Shown here: positions 36,030-44,403 of the stretch, piece by piece
Numbering within the stretch: the first letter of the stretch is position 1
Layout of the letters: every line of letters begins with the position of its first letter
Source of the DNA: a virus
Lineage: Duplodnaviria > Heunggongvirae > Uroviricota > Caudoviricetes
IMG/VR virus record: IMGVR_UViG_3300020045_006153
Span: 179,550-243,549 of that record
DNA: 64,000 bases
Reading direction: 5' to 3' (one strand)
Notes under the pieces: generated by a model
Told to the model about the DNA's origin: nothing
The model's database searches: none
Seen by the model: only the letters and a program-made list of their open reading frames with translations
Position numbers and translations under genes: made by a program

Positions 36030-36953
36030 TTATTGTAGTCTGGCTAACTTAATCATTACCGCAGCAAGATTAATTTCTCCGTCTGCACAACTTACATGAT
36101 CAACTAATCCTTGTTTAATAATTAACACCGCAGAATCTTTTGCTTCTTCATCTTTACTAATTAAGTCTAGATTATCATAGCAAAATCTAAAAATATCTAC
36201 AATTTCCTCTGGACGGGCACTTGCACAAACTAATTTACGTGCTGCTTGAATATTGCCTTGCTTAAAAAGTTCAACCATTTCGATTTTCCAATCTGATTGG
36301 CCTGCATCGCCTTGTGTTGGACTTACTAATTTACCTTCATCAACATTTTGTTGAAGCATATTAATGCATTTACGCAAATCCGGATAAGTGACTTTAACAT
36401 AAGTATCTAGATTATCTAGATCAAATTCAACATTTTCTTCAACTAAAATAGTTGCTGCACGAGCAGTGAACTCGGTTTGATCAACTTTTTCAACGTGAAA
36501 TCCTTGACACCGACTATGGATTGCTGGAATAATCTTTGTCGGGTAGTTGCAGGTTAGAATAAATCGTGCAGTTTCGTGATATGTTTCCATAACTCCGCGC
36601 AATGCTGCTTGCGCATTAGGACTTAGATAGTCTGCTTCGTCTAACAATACAATTTTAAACGGACCAAATGGAATCATTTGCACAAAGTTTGTAATCTTAT
36701 CACGAACCTCGTCAACTCCGTTAGTACGACTTGCGTTAATTTCAAGCACATCATACTCTTCAATGCCTAATTCATGAATTAGGATTTTTGCAAGGGTTGT
36801 TTTACCAATACCTGCTGATCCGCTTAGAAGCAAATGCGGAATACTCTGATCTTTAATCCAAGTTGAAATTTGCCTCCGTTGATGATCATCTCTAAAAACA
36901 TACCCATCTACTGTATTTGGACGATATTTTTCTACCCACAATGCTTTACTCAT
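36030..36953 (-). CDS. Clamp loader ATPase subunit (RFC small subunit / gp44-like)
   Basis: LWVEKYRP, GSAGIGKTT, EINAS, LDEAD, SRC, DLRK.IN. Confidence 0.95.
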   Translation of the reverse strand: MSKALWVEKYRPNTVDGYVFRDDHQRRQISTWIKDQSIPHLLLSGSAGIGKTTLAKILIHELGIEEYDVLEINASRTNGVDEVRDKITNFVQMIPFGPFKIVLLDEADYLSPNAQAALRGVMETYHETARFILTCNYPTKIIPAIHSRCQGFHVEKVDQTEFTARAATILVEENVEFDLDNLDTYVKVTYPDLRKCINMLQQNVDEGKLVSPTQGDAGQSDWKIEMVELFKQGNIQAARKLVCASARPEEIVDIFRFCYDNLDLISKDEEAKDSAVLIIKQGLVDHVSCADGEINLAAVMIKLARLQ

Positions 36954-37117
36954 ACCATTTCTTCCACAATTCCTAAAATTTCTGCAACAACAAGTGCTGC
37001 ACCAGCAAATATAAAATGTCCACTAATCAGACCAATGCCTGCAAGTATACGAACTAAACTTTTTGCAAGACTTACATAAAAATGCCCCTTGCTTGTGTCT
37101 TTTGGTTGAATTTCCAT
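36950..37117 (-). CDS. Small membrane protein (55 aa, MEIQPKDTSKGHFYVS...)
   Basis: Read manually; AAGGA SD; ATGA overlap with the clamp loader. Confidence 0.65.
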   Translation of the reverse strand: MEIQPKDTSKGHFYVSLAKSLVRILAGIGLISGHFIFAGAALVVAEILGIVEEMV

Positions 37118-37138
37118 ATTATCCTTTTAAATATTCTA

Positions 37139-37360
37139 TTACTTTTTCTTTTCTTGCTCTAATAACCATTCTGCTTCGCCATTGAACGTAGGACATGCCT
37201 GAATCAATTTATCTAAAATAAATTTAACTTGATATAAATCTAGTTTATTACCATATGACACATAACTATCGTTTTTTGTATTACTACAACTATTTGAAGT
37301 TACACGGAGCCAGCGTACAACTTCTGCCTGAGTTACAGCATTAAGGGTAGATAATGACAT
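37139..37360 (-). CDS. Hypothetical protein
   Basis: ORF tiling the operon; start revised to MSLSTL. Confidence 0.55.
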   Translation of the reverse strand: MSLSTLNAVTQAEVVRWLRVTSNSCSNTKNDSYVSYGNKLDLYQVKFILDKLIQACPTFNGEAEWLLEQEKKK

Positions 37361-37814
37361 CAAAACCTTCTTTAATAGTCGGCTCTTGCCAACTTCCAAT
37401 CATGTTTTCAATAACATATTCCGGAATAGACTTACCCGGGCGAGATGCAAGACGCCGATTCAATTCATCTCGAGCCGGTGTTCTAAATACCACTGCAATC
37501 ATTTCATAATGCTTGCTAGGAATCATGTTAAACTTTTTACGACGGGTAGCAATTGATGTAGAAGTTTGATCCCAAACAATATCAAAGCGATTTTGTACTG
37601 CACGAACAACATCAGATGTCATCAGTTTAACCGCAATAGGCATATATTCGTGGAATACGGCATTGTAGGTTTTACCCATTTTTTCTGCGTACTCTTCTAC
37701 GTGATTATCAGTAGACACAAAAACTGTGTGATCCTTATTAAGGTTTTGATTTTTAACCCAAGTAGATTTGCCCGCACCTGGAACTCCAACAAGTATGTAT
37801 GCTTTAGATTTCAT
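37341..37814 (-). CDS. P-loop kinase (AAA_33 / polynucleotide-kinase-like)
   Basis: GVPGAGKST, STD, WDQT, R...R lid, PT..EGF. Confidence 0.85.
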   Translation of the reverse strand: MKSKAYILVGVPGAGKSTWVKNQNLNKDHTVFVSTDNHVEEYAEKMGKTYNAVFHEYMPIAVKLMTSDVVRAVQNRFDIVWDQTSTSIATRRKKFNMIPSKHYEMIAVVFRTPARDELNRRLASRPGKSIPEYVIENMIGSWQEPTIKEGFDVIIYP

Positions 37815-37820
37815 AGTGTA

Positions 37821-37859
37821 ATTATAACAAATAAAAAAGGGACCGTCAAGTCCCTTTTT
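37821..37859 (-). promoter_or_regulatory. sigma70 promoter fused with an intrinsic terminator hairpin
   Basis: TTGACG-N17-TATAAT; stem AAAAAGGGAC/GTCCCTTTTT (37834-37859) whose 6-nt loop is the -35 hexamer. Confidence 0.8.
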
Positions 37860-37862
37860 ATA

Positions 37863-38216
37863 TTATACTTTATCTAAACGTGCACTAGCATGGAAATCGT
37901 TATATCGGTCCGGGTAACGTTTTTGCAACTTTGCAATGTTTTCATCTAGGATTTCTCCTAGATCAAAGTCTAGGCTACGACACGCAAGTGCAATATACCA
38001 CATGATGTCCCCGATTTCTTCTCTCATGTTGTCTTTATCTAAGGCCTTGCCGTAAATAATGCATTTCTTAACTGCATCAACAATTTCACCAGATTCACCA
38101 GCAATGCCTAATGTAGCATGTAATAGATCATATTGTTTTGATCCAAAGGTTACTCCGGCATCATCAACGTGTTTACATGTACGATCGCTCAATTCTAAAT
38201 ATTGTTTGTTATCCAT
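37863..38216 (-). CDS. MazG-like all-alpha NTP pyrophosphohydrolase
   Basis: GIAGESGEIVD..KK, EEIGDIMWY, NIAKL..RYP; AGGAG SD; promoter TTGACA-N17-TACTAT at 38267-38239. Confidence 0.9.
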   Translation of the reverse strand: MDNKQYLELSDRTCKHVDDAGVTFGSKQYDLLHATLGIAGESGEIVDAVKKCIIYGKALDKDNMREEIGDIMWYIALACRSLDFDLGEILDENIAKLQKRYPDRYNDFHASARLDKV

Positions 38217-38270
38217 AAAATCTCCTATATTATATAATATAGTAACATAGATATCACACATTGTCAATAA

Positions 38271-38654
38271 TTAAGCGCCAGGTATATTAAAATTAAAGTT
38301 CGATCCTGCACCTACAGCGGCTAAGCGCATAGTGTCATCTGGTTTCTCGTCGCTTACCAGTAATATGGCTTTATTATCTGCCATTCGCATAGTGAGTTCT
38401 TCACCAGAGTCTGTCTCATATTGAAAACTACGAGTCCAGCGACCATGTTCAAGTAATATCCAATCGCCAGATTTAATATCTTGTTGTTTAGGTCCTACCA
38501 AATATACACGAGCCCATCTAGGATGAATACCTTGACTTTTGCCGTCATCGGAATGAAGTAATATACCACCTTTAGTCTTTTCCATCCCAAATTCCATGTC
38601 AGTGATTAACACTTTATCACCTAAAGGACGAAGTGTGCCAGTTACATTAGCCAT
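38271..38654 (-). CDS. GroES-like co-chaperonin
   Basis: LRPLGDKVLI, TKGGILL, V..VGP, GD.IL. Confidence 0.85.
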   Translation of the reverse strand: MANVTGTLRPLGDKVLITDMEFGMEKTKGGILLHSDDGKSQGIHPRWARVYLVGPKQQDIKSGDWILLEHGRWTRSFQYETDSGEELTMRMADNKAILLVSDEKPDDTMRLAAVGAGSNFNFNIPGA

Positions 38655-38943
38655 GTGTTTTACTTTCTTGTGTTTTTTGTTTAGTTGGTGTTATTTTTTC
38701 TTGTACCGGTTTTGCAACTGGTATAACAACTAGTGATTCTTGCGGAGTTGCTTTTGGATTGTCTTCATAATATGCTCCAACAATATCTTCTCTACTGCGG
38801 ATAATCTTGCCGCCGGCGCCTAGTTCATCACCTCGAGCGTTCATACGTACATTACCCACAGCAGGCATTGTTTCATTTTTTGCAAGCAATGCGTCCATAT
38901 CAATTACTTTGCCTGTCATTGTTTTGTGAATTGGTTTATTCAT
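38647..38943 (-). CDS. Hypothetical phage protein
   Basis: GK.IDM..L, AVGN..MNARGDELG.GG. Confidence 0.75.
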   Translation of the reverse strand: MNKPIHKTMTGKVIDMDALLAKNETMPAVGNVRMNARGDELGAGGKIIRSREDIVGAYYEDNPKATPQESLVVIPVAKPVQEKITPTKQKTQESKTHG

Positions 38944-38944
38944 T

Positions 38945-39472
38945 TTATTCTCCTTTAAGGAATTCTTTTATATCAAGTTGGTACTTAATGCTATCAATTT
39001 TGTGAATGCCGATTAGGTACAAACAATAACTAGAAACGCTACTGCCTCTTCCTAACCCCCATACTACATCGTTCTCTCGCATAAAGTCTACTAGATATTT
39101 AAGACATATTAGAACCTCATACATGTCTTGTTGGACAAATAATATTAGTTCAGCGTCTACTCGTTTTTTTTGTTGTTCATTAGTGCATTGATCGTACAAC
39201 CATTCAACTATATTAAATGTTTTATACGAATCAGGAATTAACCAATTTGCTTGATTTAACTCGTCAACTAATTCTACAGATTTCCCATCTTCTATATATA
39301 ATCGAAGTTTATGTATATGATCTGCATTCTGCCCAATGCCTTGATTAAACTGGTCAATTAATGACTGATTTTCAATGTTAACGTGTTCAAACGATGTTAA
39401 TTTTCCAGAATAAAGTCCAGAAAGTATGTCATTTTCATCAAGAATTACATCGCTGTATTGATTTATTTTCAT
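38945..39472 (-). CDS. DnaE (Pol III alpha)-like fragment
   Basis: RV..EL, LVDFMREN.VVWG.GRGSSV.S..LYLIGI..ID.IKY.L...EFL matches the family C palm-entry motif; only 175 aa. Confidence 0.78.
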   Translation of the reverse strand: MKINQYSDVILDENDILSGLYSGKLTSFEHVNIENQSLIDQFNQGIGQNADHIHKLRLYIEDGKSVELVDELNQANWLIPDSYKTFNIVEWLYDQCTNEQQKKRVDAELILFVQQDMYEVLICLKYLVDFMRENDVVWGLGRGSSVSSYCLYLIGIHKIDSIKYQLDIKEFLKGE

Positions 39473-40028
39473 CTTTTCCGCCCTTTAATAGAACCGGCGA
39501 GAACCGCTGTGACGCTGACATGTCAAGGTCGTCCCAGGTCGGGAATGATCCAAATGAATTAGTTTTCGTATTGTCTTGATTCCACCAATTAAGTTTATCA
39601 TTAAGTATATTGTCGTATGCATCACATAAGTCCGTTATTTGATATTGTACACGATCGCCTATACTACTGTCAATTGTTATGTGATTAATGGTAAAATATG
39701 ATTTTGATAATGCCGTTAATTTTTTATACAATAACGATGCAAAGAAATAATCATGTGGTTCTTGAGGTAGTTGGACTATATTTGTACTAAAAGTTGAAAA
39801 ATTATTAAACATAGGATGTGACATCTGAATCAATGTTGAATTTTGAATAAATTTATTCAAAAATAATTTTATTTTTTTTAATCCTAATAATGTATAATCT
39901 TGAGTATCTGCATAAGGAATCATACTAATAGTTAAATTATATTCATTCGGTAACATCATATCACCTAATACAATTACACACGAAAAAGTAGTCGGCCACG
40001 TAAATACGTCTTTAGGATCAATCAACAT
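39438..40028 (-). CDS. Hypothetical protein
   Basis: About 196 aa, tiles the operon. Confidence 0.65.
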   Translation of the reverse strand: MLIDPKDVFTWPTTFSCVIVLGDMMLPNEYNLTISMIPYADTQDYTLLGLKKIKLFLNKFIQNSTLIQMSHPMFNNFSTFSTNIVQLPQEPHDYFFASLLYKKLTALSKSYFTINHITIDSSIGDRVQYQITDLCDAYDNILNDKLNWWNQDNTKTNSFGSFPTWDDLDMSASQRFSPVLLKGGKDENKSIQRCNS

Positions 40029-40260
40029 TAATAAGACTACCAAGATCCTTATCTTGTTTATTAACAAGTACTTTTATTTTTTCAAATGCCCGACGTTGTT
40101 GTTCATCACGGTACCCTTGTATTGCTAATGCAACTTGATGGCTTAAACTGCCATCGCCCATTTTAGCAGCAATAGAATATTTTTTATTAAGGTCAACTAA
40201 TTTTGCATCAATGTCTACATCTTTAAGAGTAGTAAGATCAGGAAGGAGTGGATGAAACAT
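40018..40260 (-). CDS. Hypothetical protein (MFHPLL...)
   Basis: ATG 5 nt after TAAATA (40271-40266). Confidence 0.7.
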   Translation of the reverse strand: MFHPLLPDLTTLKDVDIDAKLVDLNKKYSIAAKMGDGSLSHQVALAIQGYRDEQQRRAFEKIKVLVNKQDKDLGSLINVD

Positions 40261-40295
40261 AAAAATATTTATTAGATACAACAGTTCTCTATAAA

Positions 40296-42059
40296 TTAGT
40301 TGTTATTTAATACATCTAATTGTAATTGCATAACGTCTAATCTAGCAGATAATTTATCATTTTCTATCGAAAGATCTTGTATTGCTTTAACTAAGACTGG
40401 TAATAAATTACCAGGAGTTGCTTCAAGTTTATTTGGATTATCTTCTAATACTAATTTTAACGAATCTTTAACATTATATTTCTTTTGTAAAATATCAAGA
40501 TCCTGTGCAAGAAATCCAAATTCGTCAATTCCAAATTTAGTTCCATCACGCGAGTCCCATGTAAATTTAACAGGACGAATTTCTTTAATAAAATCTAATC
40601 CAATCGGAATACCTGCAATATTAGTTTTATCTCGACAATCCGATAATGAAGTAATAGTAGTTACATTTGCACGTAATGAAGTAATACTAGCATTTCCAAA
40701 TGTTATTGAATTTGATGATGCCGGACTTGCTGCGTTAGAGCAGGCCCCTATAAATGTGTTGTTATTTCCATATGAATATGCATATCCGGCGCCAAACCCT
40801 AAAGCAGAATTTCTTTCTCCGTAATTATTATACAAAGCACATACTCCTACGCCTGCTTTGTTATCGCCGCCGGCGCTTGTACCAGCAAGATTACCAATAA
40901 ATATATTGTTGCATCCGTTCTCATCATTATCGCCAGCAAATCGACCTAGCGAAATATTATGGCATCCTGTTTTGTTCGCCGATAACGCCCCTTCTCCGAT
41001 TGCAATATTATGAGATCCGTATTTATTTTCGTTAAGGGTATTACACCCAAATGCTACATTAGAATTTCCACTAGAATTGTTAGTTAATGAAGTATACCCG
41101 ATTGCAATATTATCACTGCCATAAGTAACACTATCACGATCACCAATTCCGGCTGTACCATATAATGCACCATATCCAATTGCTGTATTATTACCTCCGG
41201 TAGTATTAAAAAATAAAGCAGTACAGCCAATTGCAACGTTATTACAACTAGTTGTATTATTATATAATGCATTTCTGCCTGCGGCAAAATTACTCATCCC
41301 GCAACCATTATTATACAATGCACTGTGTCCTAGTGCAACGTTATCATTACCCATTGAAGTCACTGGCCCCGATGGACTGCCACAACCGGCCGGTGGAGTA
41401 AATGGTGTACCGTATAATGCTGAATTTCCAATTGCAATATTATTATTCCCCAAATCAACAGTTCTTAGTGCGTCATAGCCAGCAGCATAATTGTTATTAC
41501 CAAATGTATTGCAATACGAACTACCATACCCAATTGCAATATTATTACAGCCAGTAGTATTATTACCTAATGCCCCGTATCCTTGTGCATTATTATTATT
41601 ACCAGTAGTATTAACTGATAGTGACATTTGCCCTAACGCAATATTATTTTCACCGGTCATTGTTATGTTACCAACACAATAACCTAACAAAGTAGAACCA
41701 TTAGTTGCAGTGGAAGTATATCCGTATACAGTACCAGTTCTTGTTGGAAGTGCAGTGGGTGTAGGAGTAGCAACACTGCCGCTGCCGCCAATAGGAACAA
41801 ATTGGTTGTATATGTTATAAACAAATAATTTATTATACGCCGGGTCAGTATTAAACCATAGTTGGCCGACCATCGGATTTCGAGGTTGATAAGTCGATGC
41901 AAAATTTTCTAATAAATTTACTAAACTATTATTATAAAATTCACCGTATGGTTCTACATTTTTTCCAACTAATGTTAGACTAGTAGTAATTTGATCTACT
42001 TTACCAACACCTAGTGTTAATAAAATAGTACCGTCAGTTTTTAAAATGGTATATGACAT
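40296..42059 (-). CDS. Tail fibre with ~14-aa NxAxGxxAL repeats and C-terminal S74-type intramolecular chaperone
   Basis: Shared N-terminal TSLTL.G.N..YG...LLENFA...GQLW domain; repeats; SD.RDK.NI...GF.AQD...L.KAIQ.L plus coiled coil. Confidence 0.85.
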   Translation of the reverse strand: MSYTILKTDGTILLTLGVGKVDQITTSLTLVGKNVEPYGEFYNNSLVNLLENFASTYQPRNPMVGQLWFNTDPAYNKLFVYNIYNQFVPIGGSGSVATPTPTALPTRTGTVYGYTSTATNGSTLLGYCVGNITMTGENNIALGQMSLSVNTTGNNNNAQGYGALGNNTTGCNNIAIGYGSSYCNTFGNNNYAAGYDALRTVDLGNNNIAIGNSALYGTPFTPPAGCGSPSGPVTSMGNDNVALGHSALYNNGCGMSNFAAGRNALYNNTTSCNNVAIGCTALFFNTTGGNNTAIGYGALYGTAGIGDRDSVTYGSDNIAIGYTSLTNNSSGNSNVAFGCNTLNENKYGSHNIAIGEGALSANKTGCHNISLGRFAGDNDENGCNNIFIGNLAGTSAGGDNKAGVGVCALYNNYGERNSALGFGAGYAYSYGNNNTFIGACSNAASPASSNSITFGNASITSLRANVTTITSLSDCRDKTNIAGIPIGLDFIKEIRPVKFTWDSRDGTKFGIDEFGFLAQDLDILQKKYNVKDSLKLVLEDNPNKLEATPGNLLPVLVKAIQDLSIENDKLSARLDVMQLQLDVLNNN

Positions 42060-42064
42060 AGGAA

Positions 42065-43768
42065 TTAGTACTTTATAATATAGAAAAGATTATGTTGATT
42101 TCGTCCAGCGAATGCAGGACTCGATACCGGAGTAGTTAGAGTAGGCAACGGAACAGTGCCAGTTACCAGTACTCCATACGTTGTTTGAATTGCGTCATAT
42201 AAATCAGGATATGTTGTTACAGATACCCGAGAGCCGTCGCACAGTAGCCAACCAGGCGGGGTACTATTTCCACCCCATAATAATACAGATCCTGCAGGCA
42301 TTACGTCTTGTAAAAAAGCACCCTTTGTTATACTATAGACTCCAGTTGTTGCAGTTGAACCTGAGTCAATCGAAACTAATATAGAAGTAGAACTGTTTAC
42401 AGCAATATCATCCCAATTTGGCTGACCCGATATAGTGCTCGTACTAAATTGTGCTTCAATAATTACATCTGCGCCGTCACCATAAAATAATGCAGAAGAT
42501 GCAGCATCATTACTTGCCAATTGACCGCTTAATTTTATTCTAGACGGAGTTGTTAAACGAGTTGCTGCGCCTGCAAACGAATTAGCATAAATTGTCCTAT
42601 ACGGATTAGTAACTGTTCCGATATCATACGTGCTCGAAGTAAGTGGTTTTATACTCACCGAAGTAACTGTATTAACAAATCCAATAGTTCCATTAAAATT
42701 TGTTTGACCAGTTACATTTAGTCCACCAACTGTTAACGTACCGCTAATATTCCCTGCACCTGATACACCTAGCGCACCGTGTACGTCTAATTCATATAAA
42801 GGTAAATCAGTATTAATTCCTATATAATGATTAATTTTATCAGATTTACCTTGTATAACAAATGCAGGAGTAAGCGATTCAGAACTATTAATTGCCGAGA
42901 ATATAATTTGTCCAGATGACTGAAGCGTTGATAACGTAACTGCACCTGAAGAAGTTTTTGCAATTGCTAATACAGGTGCGACTACATCTCCAAATCTAAG
43001 CATATTAGTATCAGAAAATGTTAAATTAGTTGCCATAATTTGTGCAGAGGCACCTACATCTTTTCTTACAAACTGATCCGCTTTTACTGCTACAGACGAA
43101 GATACTTGCAACGCGTCAGATGAAGTAGATATACCGTTAAATCGAGAAGCAACTCCTTTAAAAGATGATTTTGTTAAATTAACACCCGGTAATAATGAAG
43201 TAAAACCACTAATAACTAGCGCCGGAGTAAATGACGCTTTTGCAATAATCGAAATTACATCACCACTTACATATTCTTTTACTACAATATGAGATGCACC
43301 ATTAGTGTCTATAATAGTTTCTGCTTTTGTTCCAGACATCAATCCGTTAGCAAACTGCGGACCAATTAACAACCAGTTGACTCCGTTGTAAATATTTAAT
43401 TGCTGTGCACTAGTGTTAACCCAGACATCGCCGACTGATGCAGTAGCAGGAGCAGAGTTTTGTTGATAAATTCCGTTTGCAGGTATCCAGTCTTCTGCCG
43501 AGCCAGTTGTATTAATTTTTAATTTACCACTAGAAGAAGTATCATACCATAATTGGCCTTTTACAGGAGGATATGGTGCTACTGCATTTGCAAAATGCTC
43601 TAGAAGATGCAAATAATTTTCAGATATAACAGGACCGTAATTTCTATAATTAGGACCAGGTAATGTTAAACTAGTAGAAGTATTTGCATTACCGTTTGTA
43701 ATTATTAATGGCGCACGATGTACAGAATCTGTAAAATTAATAGTGTATGTAGATGCAGTAGTTGCCAT
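42065..43768 (-). CDS. Tail fibre / short tail fibre with tail-collar domain
   Basis: Same N-terminal domain; C-terminal PAGSVLLWGG..PPGWLLCDGS...YPDLY. Confidence 0.85.
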   Translation of the reverse strand: MATTASTYTINFTDSVHRAPLIITNGNANTSTSLTLPGPNYRNYGPVISENYLHLLEHFANAVAPYPPVKGQLWYDTSSSGKLKINTTGSAEDWIPANGIYQQNSAPATASVGDVWVNTSAQQLNIYNGVNWLLIGPQFANGLMSGTKAETIIDTNGASHIVVKEYVSGDVISIIAKASFTPALVISGFTSLLPGVNLTKSSFKGVASRFNGISTSSDALQVSSSVAVKADQFVRKDVGASAQIMATNLTFSDTNMLRFGDVVAPVLAIAKTSSGAVTLSTLQSSGQIIFSAINSSESLTPAFVIQGKSDKINHYIGINTDLPLYELDVHGALGVSGAGNISGTLTVGGLNVTGQTNFNGTIGFVNTVTSVSIKPLTSSTYDIGTVTNPYRTIYANSFAGAATRLTTPSRIKLSGQLASNDAASSALFYGDGADVIIEAQFSTSTISGQPNWDDIAVNSSTSILVSIDSGSTATTGVYSITKGAFLQDVMPAGSVLLWGGNSTPPGWLLCDGSRVSVTTYPDLYDAIQTTYGVLVTGTVPLPTLTTPVSSPAFAGRNQHNLFYIIKY

Positions 43769-43769
43769 A

Positions 43770-44402
43770 TTATGCTCCGCCAGTTAAACTTTGAATTCTA
43801 ACTGTGTAATCAATTTGAATTAATCGATTTAATGATTTTTGAACAGGGTGAAATATAACATGAGTAATTAGTGGTCCAGTATTTTCACCTGTTGGGCTAT
43901 AACTACGCAATCCTAATTCATCAAATACAAATGCACCATCTTGATTTAAACTATTATCAAATGCTGCTTGACCAGCGGGTTCACCGAAATCTAACAAACA
44001 AGTAACTAACACGTCTGAATAATATGCACCAGCAATATGCCGAATTTCCATAAAATTTCGAGTAGTATCTAGATTAAACGGATTTGTTGCATCAACTACT
44101 TTATAATATGTTTGGTTGTATAATGCTGCATTAGATCCAACAGTATTTGGTGTCAAGTAAGTAATAATACCAGTTGGATCTATTCTGCTGCCACCATTGC
44201 CAAACGACATTTCAGTAATAAACCCTTTACCAATGTTAGCAACACTACCAGCAAGGGCAAGACTAAAATTTTCATAGTGAATTGCATTACGTTTATCAAC
44301 GTATACTTGTTTAGATTCCGGATCGTGTATTTTAATATGACCTGTAATAGTTATATTACCTGTTTCATTAGGTTTTGAAGATTGTTGCATAGTGTTGTTC
44401 AT
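43770..44402 (-). CDS. Virion structural (baseplate/tail) protein
   Basis: GHIKI.D, NAIH.EN, FDELGL, THVIFHPVQKSLNR; located within the tail module; TAAATA at 44428-44423. Confidence 0.65.
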   Translation of the reverse strand: MNNTMQQSSKPNETGNITITGHIKIHDPESKQVYVDKRNAIHYENFSLALAGSVANIGKGFITEMSFGNGGSRIDPTGIITYLTPNTVGSNAALYNQTYYKVVDATNPFNLDTTRNFMEIRHIAGAYYSDVLVTCLLDFGEPAGQAAFDNSLNQDGAFVFDELGLRSYSPTGENTGPLITHVIFHPVQKSLNRLIQIDYTVRIQSLTGGA

Positions 44403-44403
44403 G

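Noticed and set aside
39438-40028. Second QueD-like T-fold protein
   Set aside because: Only a vague secondary-structure resemblance; no His metal ligands, and far from the que cluster
40800-41700. Diversity-generating retroelement target in the Asn-rich fibre repeats
   Set aside because: No reverse transcriptase and no near-identical template repeat differing only at adenines in the window; the repeats are degenerate protein repeats
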